From Candidatus Electronema aureum (lineage in GTDB: Bacteria; Desulfobacterota; Desulfobulbia; Desulfobulbales; Desulfobulbaceae): DNA of 32,000 nucleotides. Within the stretch, counting starts at the first letter, position 1. Each line of letters begins with the position of its first letter. Below are positions 7,998 to 16,052 of the stretch, one piece after another. The translations under genes were made by a program, and so were the position numbers. The stretch covers positions 90,001-122,000 of the forward strand of contig NQJD01000003.1 of the NCBI GenBank assembly GCA_004284765.1. The letters run 5' to 3'. Below the pieces are notes generated by a model. It saw only the letters and a list, made by a program, of their open reading frames with translations, searched no databases and was not told where the DNA came from.

Positions 7998-9527
7998 ATG
8001 CAGCAAGCACCAATGACTGAACAATCTTCCCGCCGCCTTGTTTGGCTGATTCTGGCTCTCGGCTTGGCAGTGCGGCTGCTGATCAGCGGCCATTTCCTCC
8101 TTAGTCCAGATGAGACCAACTACTGGCAGTGGAGCCGCTATCTTGACTTAGGCTATTACGACCACCCGCCGATGATCGCTTGGACGATCTGGCTGACAAC
8201 CACGCTCTTTGGTCAAAACGAGTTTGCTGTCCGCCTGCCGACCGTGCTGGGCATGAGCATTGCCTCATTTTATCTTTACCTGCTGGCCGCCCGCTGGTTT
8301 TCGTGGCGCACTGCGTTGCACACTGCTGTCGTCAGTCAGTCGCTCCTGCTTCTCAACGGTGCCGCCTTGATTGCCACACCAGACGGCCTGCTCCTGCCCT
8401 GCTGGGCTGCGGCCTGCTATCATGCCGCCGTAGCTGCGGAAGAGGACAAACTGCGGCACTGGCTGCTCACCGGCCTGTGCTTTGGTCTCGGATTGCTGTC
8501 CAAATACACCATGTTGCTCTTTCTTCCCTCGCTCTTTTGCGCCCTGATTTTTACCGGCGCATACCGCACGCGACTGTTGAGCTGGAAGCCTTGGCTGGGT
8601 CTGCTGCTTGGGCTATCGCTGTTCACGCCAGTCGTCATTTGGAACTCGCACCACAACTGGGTGACATTCCGGCACGTGCTGTTTCAAGGCGGAGCGAATA
8701 ACACCGCGCTCTTCACCACCGAGTATCTGGCCGAGTTCTTCGGTAGCCAAGCCGGACTGCTCTCACCACTGATTTTCCTCTTTATCCTCGCGGCGTGGGT
8801 GCAAGGCTGGCGCAGCAGCCTGCCACAAGAACGGACGCGCTTCCTCATCTGGATGTCTCTGCCGGGTTTTGTCGTCTTCAGTCTGCTGGCCCTGCATGTG
8901 CGCATCTACGGCAACTGGCCTGCTCCGGCCTACCTGACTGGTCTGCTGCTGGCTGCGGCTCTGTATGCCAAGCAGCGGTGGTGGAATGTCGGAGTTGGCG
9001 TGGCGATGGTGATGTCCGCAGCAGTCATGCTTCAGCTCTGGTACCCTGTGCTACCGATACCGGTACAATGGGATAGAACCGCCCACGAAACCAAGGGATG
9101 GGATAAGATGGCTCAGGCAGTTGACCAAGAGCTGAGGCGGATGAAGCGGCCTGACAAAACCTTTGTCTTCGGCCTGCGCTACCAATTTGCCAGTGAGCTG
9201 GCCTTTTATATGCAGGGACAGCCGCGCACCGTGTCGATTAACCGCTGGTCACGGCCTAATGTCTATGACTTCTGGTTTGATGATCAGCTGCTGCTGGGCA
9301 TGGATGCGGTGGGTGTGTATGAACACAAGGGGATGGACATGATCCTGCGAGAGGTGTTTGAGCAAGTGAAGCCGGAGCGGGAGATTGTCCTTCGTCGCAC
9401 CTCGCCGTGGTTCGGCAGCGAGGTGCTGCAAACACTGTATGTGATCAGGTGCTACGGCTTCAAGGGCGGTCTGCGCTGGCTACCCAAGGAAGTTGGGGAT
9501 ATCAGGGCTGCGAATAATGCGGAGTAG
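7998..9527 (+). CDS. Glycosyltransferase family 39 (ArnT/PMT-like, lipid-linked-sugar-dependent membrane glycosyltransferase)
   Basis: The ORF is open from 7644. Family-typical sequence begins at RRLVWLILALGLAVRLL ... SPDETNYWQWSRYLDLGYYDHPPMIAW, followed by multiple TM helices. ATG at 7998 (or 8013) is preferred; the 118-codon upstream extension lies in A+T-rich sequence. Confidence 0.75.
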   Translation: MQQAPMTEQSSRRLVWLILALGLAVRLLISGHFLLSPDETNYWQWSRYLDLGYYDHPPMIAWTIWLTTTLFGQNEFAVRLPTVLGMSIASFYLYLLAARWFSWRTALHTAVVSQSLLLLNGAALIATPDGLLLPCWAAACYHAAVAAEEDKLRHWLLTGLCFGLGLLSKYTMLLFLPSLFCALIFTGAYRTRLLSWKPWLGLLLGLSLFTPVVIWNSHHNWVTFRHVLFQGGANNTALFTTEYLAEFFGSQAGLLSPLIFLFILAAWVQGWRSSLPQERTRFLIWMSLPGFVVFSLLALHVRIYGNWPAPAYLTGLLLAAALYAKQRWWNVGVGVAMVMSAAVMLQLWYPVLPIPVQWDRTAHETKGWDKMAQAVDQELRRMKRPDKTFVFGLRYQFASELAFYMQGQPRTVSINRWSRPNVYDFWFDDQLLLGMDAVGVYEHKGMDMILREVFEQVKPEREIVLRRTSPWFGSEVLQTLYVIRCYGFKGGLRWLPKEVGDIRAANNAE

Positions 9528-9539
9528 CTTGATGCTAGC

Positions 9540-9568
9540 GGAAAAAGACCACTGCGGTCATTTTTTCC
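9540..9568. terminator. Weak A-tract/hairpin/T-tract structure between convergent GT39 and cbiET genes (possible bidirectional terminator)
   Basis: ggaaaaagacc-actgc-ggtcattttttcc. The G/C core stem is only 4 bp and is extended by A:T pairs with bulges. It overlaps the cbiET stop codon (9558-9560). Confidence 0.3.
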
Positions 9569-10802
9569 CGGTGATGATAGTGATTGGGTTCAGCCGCAGG
9601 CTGGAGTCTTCTCCGTCCTCGCCGTATTCTTTTCTTTCCCGCGTGACCGAGATAGTGCGGGCATCCGCCTCTAAGCCATTAGCAGACATCAGCAATGGGG
9701 CTTGCTCTGCCGTATTTTGTAGTACCGCACTGACCACTAATCTGCCGCCTTGATTGAGCCGCTGGGCGCAGGGAGCGATAATCTCAGCCAACAGGCCTCG
9801 GCTGCCGCCGATGAAGATTCGATCTGGGTCAGGCAGGTTAGGAAAGACATCCGGGGCTTGGCCGCGCACCAAGGTGATGTTATAGAGGCTGTAGCGAACA
9901 ATATTGGCCCGGATGTTGTTCCAGCTTTCTTCCTTCTGCTCCACCACATAGACGGAGAGATTCGGACAGAGCCGCGCCGCCTCGACTGAGATAGAACCGG
10001 AGCCGCCGCCGATGTCCCAAAAGACCCCGCTCTGCGGCAGGCGGAGCCGATGCAGAATCACGGCTCGCACCTCATCCTTGGTGATTAGACCGCGAGAGTG
10101 ACAGATTTCATCCTCTTGCAGGCCGAAAACGCAGTCAGCACCTGCCTGATTCTCCTCCGCCGTCTGCTCGATCAGCATCATATTTAAGGGAGCAAAGTGC
10201 TGCCGCGCTGCCTCCTCAATGTTGCCTTCCCAAAGCCGCTCGTCTGGCCAGCCGAGATTCTCTGCCACTCGGACATGTAGTCGTTCTATCCGCTCATGAT
10301 CGCCGTATTCCTCCAACAAAACCAAGAGGTCAGCAGCTATTCGGTTGGGGCTGCGGCGATGGTCAGTGAAGAGCATCACCTTCGGCTGCGAGAGAATTTT
10401 GCCTGCCAGCGTATCAAACGAGCGGCCATGCAAGCTGATCAAACAAAGATCGTCCCAAGGAATTTTGAAGCGGGCGCAGGCTAACTGCACAGCGGAAATG
10501 GCCGGAAAAATCTCTACCCGTTCTACACCAAAACGTTCGATCAAGGTGCGGCCGATGCCAAAAAAAAGCGGGTCACCAGAGGCTAAGACCGCGACATCGC
10601 CGCTCTGAAGGGCCACAGCCAGCTCGAAAATCATGTCCTCGACCGGACTGATGGCGATCCAGTGGATACCCAGACCGTGCAGCAGCTCGTGGTGTCGCTT
10701 TGACGCGACCACCGCACCACAGCCTTCGATCCTCTGCCGCTGCTCTGGCTCTAACCTGCCGCCGCTGATGCCGAAGAGTAAGATTTCAAACGTATTCAAC
10801 AA
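9558..10802 (-). CDS. cbiET: Fused precorrin-6Y/cobalt-precorrin C5,C15-methyltransferase (decarboxylating), CbiE + CbiT domains
   Basis: 414 aa. The N-terminal half is tetrapyrrole-methylase-like (VLASGDPLFFGIG). The C-terminal half is a class-I SAM methyltransferase (VFWDIGGGSGSISVEAA). TTG start with AAGGAAGGAA immediately upstream. Confidence 0.85.
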   Translation of the reverse strand: MLNTFEILLFGISGGRLEPEQRQRIEGCGAVVASKRHHELLHGLGIHWIAISPVEDMIFELAVALQSGDVAVLASGDPLFFGIGRTLIERFGVERVEIFPAISAVQLACARFKIPWDDLCLISLHGRSFDTLAGKILSQPKVMLFTDHRRSPNRIAADLLVLLEEYGDHERIERLHVRVAENLGWPDERLWEGNIEEAARQHFAPLNMMLIEQTAEENQAGADCVFGLQEDEICHSRGLITKDEVRAVILHRLRLPQSGVFWDIGGGSGSISVEAARLCPNLSVYVVEQKEESWNNIRANIVRYSLYNITLVRGQAPDVFPNLPDPDRIFIGGSRGLLAEIIAPCAQRLNQGGRLVVSAVLQNTAEQAPLLMSANGLEADARTISVTRERKEYGEDGEDSSLRLNPITIITGKK

Positions 10803-10962
10803 TTCCTTCCTTTGAGATCATGAGGCAAGAAAGTAAACTTTTTCATAGCGAAACTATTTGATAGGTTTTAAGCTCAAGCGTGGTGCTAGGCCGAGAGTCC
10901 GCACTGAAAAGTGCGTGAAAAACATAGCATACAATTTCCAAACAAATCAAGCAGAAAACCTG

Positions 10963-11376
10963 ATGGAACTCAGAGAGTTTGTCGAAATAGCATTGAAAGA
11001 TATATTCGGCGGAACAAAGGATGCCCAAAAGCAGATTTTATACGGCGAGATTATTCCGAACAAAGATGGGAAAACCGGCGAGGCTGACATTGAGTTTGAG
11101 ATAGCGGTTAAACCTGAAAACAACAAATTAGTTGTGGTTATCCCGCCAGCTCCTCCGGCTCCTAATTTGAGCAAGGTGAAATTTAAAATACCTGTGCGGC
11201 TCCCAAAGAGACGAGGAGGTTTCCTGAGTCACGTAATTGAATATTATATCATAAAGAGAAGGAAGCAAAAAGCAATGCCTGTGCCTGATGAATCTCAATC
11301 TCCGCCACAGCCCGCAGATGCGGCGACAGACGCGAAAGATGAGCCAAAACCGCCTTCTGAGGGGGAAAGGAAATGA
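10963..11376 (+). CDS. Hypothetical protein: small N-terminal alpha+beta region, Pro-rich segment, basic patch, acidic P/A/D-rich tail
   Basis: The ORF track starts at TTG 10858; the first ATG at 10963 gives MELREFVEIALKDIFGG... It is reminiscent of trypco2-type small domains of conflict systems (N-terminal helix, then ADIEFEIAV / VKFKIPV strands), but this is a weak by-eye impression. No obvious Shine-Dalgarno. Confidence 0.4.
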   Translation: MELREFVEIALKDIFGGTKDAQKQILYGEIIPNKDGKTGEADIEFEIAVKPENNKLVVVIPPAPPAPNLSKVKFKIPVRLPKRRGGFLSHVIEYYIIKRRKQKAMPVPDESQSPPQPADAATDAKDEPKPPSEGERK

Positions 11377-11566
11377 ACGAGAGTTGAACTGGAGCAGGAA
11401 AAAGAGTTTTGGCGGAGAAACTATCCAGCGGTTTATTGTTGACTTTTTAGACTTCATCATGTTTAGTTACACGCTTCCAATCCAAAGGGTTGAATACAAA
11501 CTTTGCGGGACACTTCACAGAAATTTCATTTTTCTATTGTCAAATATTCCGTTATAATCACTAATT

Positions 11567-11944
11567 ATGAATTGGACACATTATGGATTCCCTGAAAATT
11601 GCCCGCCAAATGATGCGAGAGAGTACGAAGGATTGATTTATGTGTTTGTAAAGCATAGTCCACCAGTCTCTGATGATTTTCGTACAGCTCACGATAAGAA
11701 AATACATCCAGACGGAGACCCGTGCCAAAGACGATCAATTTCTTGTGGAACTGATATAGATTATTTGAATAAGACAGCAATATTATATCCTATCTTCAAA
11801 AAATGGCAAAAAGCTGTCGGGAAAATCAATTACGATGACGGTCTTATAAAACAAACAGGAACTCAGTCTCTTCATTATAGTTTTTGGATATCGCCAGAAA
11901 AAAGAGAGAATTTTAACAAATTATTCGAGATAATTGAATTATGA
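11567..11944 (+). CDS. Hypothetical protein (125 aa), ORFan, in A+T-rich islet
   Basis: ATG at 11567 lies only 8 nt after a perfect TATAAT (11553-11558) and has no Shine-Dalgarno. The stop overlaps the next start (ATGA at 11941-11944). I recognise no family. Confidence 0.5.
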   Translation: MNWTHYGFPENCPPNDAREYEGLIYVFVKHSPPVSDDFRTAHDKKIHPDGDPCQRRSISCGTDIDYLNKTAILYPIFKKWQKAVGKINYDDGLIKQTGTQSLHYSFWISPEKRENFNKLFEIIEL

Positions 11945-13074
11945 ATTTCAATTGGCAGGATTATCGTCAGAAGATTCCAAGTTTTTTTTCTCCTGGAAAA
12001 CATTTTTTAACTCTTATGGAGTACGAATTTCCATTACTCTTTATATCTTCAGCAGAAGAGAGTCTCTATTTAAATTATTTTATCGATGAAGATGAATGTG
12101 GAATAATTAGATATCTACATGTTCCGATCTCTATTATGAAAATTAGAGCATTGGCATCAGGAGGGATTGCACTGTATGATTGCATAAATGCTGAAAATAT
12201 TCATATATATGATCTCAACCAAGATGGAAACGTATCGTTTGTCGCTGAATTAGATTTCTCTAATATCCCAACAGATGCTTTACCCCCAAAAGAAGAAAAA
12301 ATTCCTGCTCTATCTAAAGATATAATTAATTCAGTTTTATACGGTTTTGACCCTGGCGAGCTATGTTTCATACTGTCAAGTAAAACCACTTCAAAACACA
12401 CGCTATCATTCAATAAACTTTCGAATTTTCTAAAAACTACTCAAAATTTAGTTTCAAAATTACCATTATACAATAAAGCTGTAGATAGATGTATAACTTC
12501 AGACGATTACGAACTCAGTGCTGTTGCTCTTAAAGCAGCATCGTTCGCAGTCACAGCTACAACAGAGAATGAAAGCGCAAAAAATGCAATTTCTACCTAC
12601 ATTCCAGAAATAACTAATCTTTTTTTGAAAAGTTCTCCCGATGACATTCGGCGTTATTTTGATTTAATACCAAAAGAATTAATTTTAGCTTTCTTTGAAT
12701 ATTACAAGGAAATATTAAGTAATAAATATGAATTTATACTGCAACACAAGAGTGGATCGATGTATTTAAATTATTCCGACGTTGAAAAAATAAAGCGAAA
12801 TGTTAATAATGCAAATTATTCAAAAAAGGAATATCTCGAAAAAGAAGGCTATTTAATCGGAGCGAATTTAAATACGAATTCTTTCTATTTTGAAGATATA
12901 GAAAAAAATATATACAAAGGAAAAATGTCTTCTGATTTCCTCACTTCACGCTCAGAGGTAACTCTGTCAAAAATAACTTGCAATGCTTCATTTAAAATCG
13001 AGACAGAAATGAAATTTTCAAAATTTACACATTTTTATGAACTTCTAAAGATAGATGAATCTGATCATCATTAA
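11941..13074 (+). CDS. Hypothetical protein (377 aa), ORFan, in A+T-rich islet
   Basis: Long uninterrupted ORF in ~30% G+C DNA, where stop codons would be frequent by chance. Translationally coupled to the upstream ORF. No catalytic motif recognised. Confidence 0.6.
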   Translation: MNFNWQDYRQKIPSFFSPGKHFLTLMEYEFPLLFISSAEESLYLNYFIDEDECGIIRYLHVPISIMKIRALASGGIALYDCINAENIHIYDLNQDGNVSFVAELDFSNIPTDALPPKEEKIPALSKDIINSVLYGFDPGELCFILSSKTTSKHTLSFNKLSNFLKTTQNLVSKLPLYNKAVDRCITSDDYELSAVALKAASFAVTATTENESAKNAISTYIPEITNLFLKSSPDDIRRYFDLIPKELILAFFEYYKEILSNKYEFILQHKSGSMYLNYSDVEKIKRNVNNANYSKKEYLEKEGYLIGANLNTNSFYFEDIEKNIYKGKMSSDFLTSRSEVTLSKITCNASFKIETEMKFSKFTHFYELLKIDESDHH

Positions 13075-13261
13075 GATGATATAAGGGCTTTTAATGATAG
13101 CTCCTCGCGCTACGCTCCCTCCTTGGTAAAGATCAGCTCACCGATCGTCTCGTTAACGGTTCCCCACGTCAGCACAAAGCCGTTCGCCGAAACCGAGATG
13201 CTGTGAGAAAATAATCACCCCGAATAGGCTGTGCCTATTTATCCTGAACGCATCCCTGCTC

Positions 13262-13300
13262 GGCAATAAAACGCAAGCCGGGGCAAGAATTCACCCCGGC
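13262..13300 (-). terminator. Rho-independent terminator of the Ter/ATPase gene train
   Basis: gccgggg (13277-13283) pairs with ccccggc (13294-13300) across a 10-nt loop. On the minus strand it is followed by ttgcgttttatt. It sits 28 nt beyond the ATPase stop. Confidence 0.6.
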
Positions 13301-13327
13301 ATTAAACAAGGTTGTCAGCTGTCTCTC

Positions 13328-16015
13328 TTAGACTGTTTTCTTGTGCTTGCTGAAAAGATATTTTCTCGCAAGATCAAAAGGAATAATTCCCACAGAAAAG
13401 ACAACAACCCAGAACCAATCCTGAATACCAAGGGAAACTGTTCTGAATACTTCGCCGCCTATGTAGGTGATGATGACCTGAATGATAAAGATCATGCTCA
13501 CCACTTTCAGAAATCCCTTGTTGGCAGCGAGATGATCAAAAAGGTTCAATCCTTCTACGCGGACATTGAACTTGTTGAAGTTGCTTAAGAACACGAACAC
13601 CCCGAAAAAGGCGGTCATGAAGATTTCCTCAGTGGCAAAAAGTCCGCGAATACTGTCCGCCTTTAAAAAGGACACGCAAATCGCGGTAGTGAAAAAGCCG
13701 TTGAACAGGATGGACTGCCACATGCTGGATGTGATGATCTTTTCATCCCGTTTTTTCGGTTTTTCCTCCATGTATTCAGGCAGTGGCGGTTCTCCTGAAA
13801 AGGCTAAGGCAGCTAAGGAATCCATAATCAGATTCACCCAGAGGAGCTGAATCATGGTCAGCGGCAACTCGAAACCTAAAAAGGGTCCGAGAAAGGTGAT
13901 AGAAATCGCGGATACGCTGACCGTGAGCTGAAAGGTGATGAATTTCTGAATGGACCGATAAATAGTCCGGCCATAATGCACCGCGCTGGCAATAGAGCGG
14001 ATATTGTCATCAAGCACAACAATGTCTGAGGCTTCTTTTGCCACCTCAGTGCCACTGCCGAGTCCGAAACCGATATCAGCGGCACTCAAGGCCGGACTAT
14101 CGTTGACTCCGTCACCAGTCATGCCGACTACCATGCCCATTTCCTGAGCTATCTTCACCAAACGAGATTTGTCTGAAGGAAAACATCTTGCCACAACGCG
14201 CAAGCGAGGAAGAATACCTTTCAGCTTCTCATCAGAAATATTGGTCATCTCTTCAGAGGTTAAAATAATATCCTCTGCTGAACTGATTAGCCCAGCATCT
14301 TTAGCTATCGCTTCTGCTGTACCTTTGCGGTCGCCGGTAATCATGACCACTTGAATTCCAGCACTGTGTAACTCTTTGATAGTGACAGCAGAGTCAAGAC
14401 GCAGATCATCGCGGATCATTGCAAATCCAAGCAGGCAGAGATGATCTTCAATGTCGTCTAAACTTTCTGGGATATCCTCTTCGGTCAAGGCAAGGCCGAT
14501 CAAACGAAAGCCCTTGTCGCCTTTGCTGTCAATCTCCTTAAAGATAGCCTCTTTTTTTGAGGCTAAAAGAGCTGTAAGATTTCCTTGGCTATTGTAGAAT
14601 GAACTAGATTTATTGAGAATTCTTTCTGGTGCCCCCTTGAGATAGGTCATCCGTTGACCATCCTTCTCTTGTAGGCGAACTGCGGAAAATTTCCGGGAAG
14701 AATTGAAAAGCAGTTCATCTACCTGCTCAAAGGATTTCTCTTCATACTGACATTCTTTGATATCTGCCCGGACGAATTTCAACAACGCACGGTCAGTGCT
14801 GTTGCCGCCTACAATCCGTTCAGATTCTTTATTCGCATTGCAATTCACCACACAGGAAGTGTTCTCTCGCAGCGAGACATCGAGCAGATGAGCATTTTTC
14901 CTCGGCAGCTCCTCGCAGGAATTGTACTGAATCATAGCAGTTCCGGTTTCTTCATCGGCCACCGCAAGGAAGCCCACGGTTTCCATCTGCCCTTTGGTGA
15001 TAGTACCTGTTTTATCAGTAAAAAGGAGATTAAGGCTACCAGAAGTCTCTACACCAAGCAGCTGCCGTACCAGCACGTTGGATTTGAGCAGCTTCCGCAT
15101 GTTCTGTGCCAAAACCACGGCAATCATCATCGGCAGACCCTCTGGAACAGCCACAACAATAATGATCACCGCCAGAATCAGGGCGATGGCAAGATCGTAA
15201 ATCAGCTTGTGCCAATTGGCAATATAGGCGGCCATGGCCGCTGCCTCGCCGCCGTTGTCCAAATAAATTGCTTTAAACATGAAAACCACAGCAATCAGCG
15301 GTGCGGCAATATATCCAAACAAGGCAATACGGTCGGCCAGATGTGCCAGCTTTACCCGCAGTGGCCCAGGACGCTCATCGGTTTTCAATCCTTCAGCCAA
15401 TTTACCCAAATGCGTCTTGTCACCAACCTGCTGCACCTCCATGACTGCTTCGCCGTCTTCAATAATTGTTCCTCTGAACACAGCATGAGGGTCTTCCAGA
15501 TTGGCAGTATCTGCTGCACCAGGGATTTTAGTCCGCGCCTCTGGCTCGCCAGTCAGGGCAGCCTGACTCACTTTGACTTTGCCCTGAATGAGAGAGCCAT
15601 CTGCCGGAATTTTATCTCCTGGCTGGAGAAGAATCATATCTCCGACCACTATGTCATCAATGCTGATAACAGACACGCTGTTATCTCGGAAAACATTGAC
15701 TCTAATTCTGGAGGCCTCTTCTTGGAGCTTCTGAAAAGTTTGCTCATTTTTGAATTCAGAAATCGTTGCTACTAACGCAGCCAAAACAACCGCAGCAGCA
15801 ATACCAATCCCTTCATACCATTCAGCAAATCCAAGCAGAGCTAAAAGGGTGACAATAACCAAGGCAACTGTCAGAATGACAATCATTGGGTCTTTGAAAT
15901 TGTCAATCAACTTATCCCAGAATGTTTCAGTCTCTACTGTGCTGATCTGGTTAGAGCCATGCGCAACTCTGGAGGTCATGACTTCCTGATGTGAAAGCCC
16001 TTTAACGTGATACAT
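13328..16015 (-). CDS. P2-type cation-translocating ATPase, Ca2+-ATPase-like
   Basis: DKTGTITKG phosphorylation site, TGDGVNDSPAL hinge, VPEGLPMMIAV (TM4) and VNLIMDSLAALAFSGEPP (TM6, PMCA/SERCA-like). N-terminal GLSHQEVMTSRVAHGSNQ is a cation-ATPase N domain. Start ATG at 16015 with AAGGAGA 8 nt upstream is preferred over the ORF-track start at 16060. Confidence 0.9.
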   Translation of the reverse strand: MYHVKGLSHQEVMTSRVAHGSNQISTVETETFWDKLIDNFKDPMIVILTVALVIVTLLALLGFAEWYEGIGIAAAVVLAALVATISEFKNEQTFQKLQEEASRIRVNVFRDNSVSVISIDDIVVGDMILLQPGDKIPADGSLIQGKVKVSQAALTGEPEARTKIPGAADTANLEDPHAVFRGTIIEDGEAVMEVQQVGDKTHLGKLAEGLKTDERPGPLRVKLAHLADRIALFGYIAAPLIAVVFMFKAIYLDNGGEAAAMAAYIANWHKLIYDLAIALILAVIIIVVAVPEGLPMMIAVVLAQNMRKLLKSNVLVRQLLGVETSGSLNLLFTDKTGTITKGQMETVGFLAVADEETGTAMIQYNSCEELPRKNAHLLDVSLRENTSCVVNCNANKESERIVGGNSTDRALLKFVRADIKECQYEEKSFEQVDELLFNSSRKFSAVRLQEKDGQRMTYLKGAPERILNKSSSFYNSQGNLTALLASKKEAIFKEIDSKGDKGFRLIGLALTEEDIPESLDDIEDHLCLLGFAMIRDDLRLDSAVTIKELHSAGIQVVMITGDRKGTAEAIAKDAGLISSAEDIILTSEEMTNISDEKLKGILPRLRVVARCFPSDKSRLVKIAQEMGMVVGMTGDGVNDSPALSAADIGFGLGSGTEVAKEASDIVVLDDNIRSIASAVHYGRTIYRSIQKFITFQLTVSVSAISITFLGPFLGFELPLTMIQLLWVNLIMDSLAALAFSGEPPLPEYMEEKPKKRDEKIITSSMWQSILFNGFFTTAICVSFLKADSIRGLFATEEIFMTAFFGVFVFLSNFNKFNVRVEGLNLFDHLAANKGFLKVVSMIFIIQVIITYIGGEVFRTVSLGIQDWFWVVVFSVGIIPFDLARKYLFSKHKKTV

Positions 16016-16052
16016 GCAGTCTATTCTCCTTGCGTTAAAGCTATGCGGGAAA

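Noticed and set aside
8180-9076. Alternate-frame and antisense ORFs within the GT39 gene (8180..8701 of 173 aa, 8795..9076, and minus-strand ORFs)
   Set aside because: They overlap a gene with a clear multi-TM GT39 signature. The products are Arg/Ala/Cys-rich with no start context.
14888-15775. 295-aa plus-strand ORF, with smaller ones at 13343, 13566, 14169, 14994, 15279 and 15750
   Set aside because: All lie antisense to, and fully inside, the P-type ATPase gene, whose DKTGT/TGDGVND motifs are unambiguous. The antisense products are low-complexity and have no motifs. These are typical shadow ORFs.
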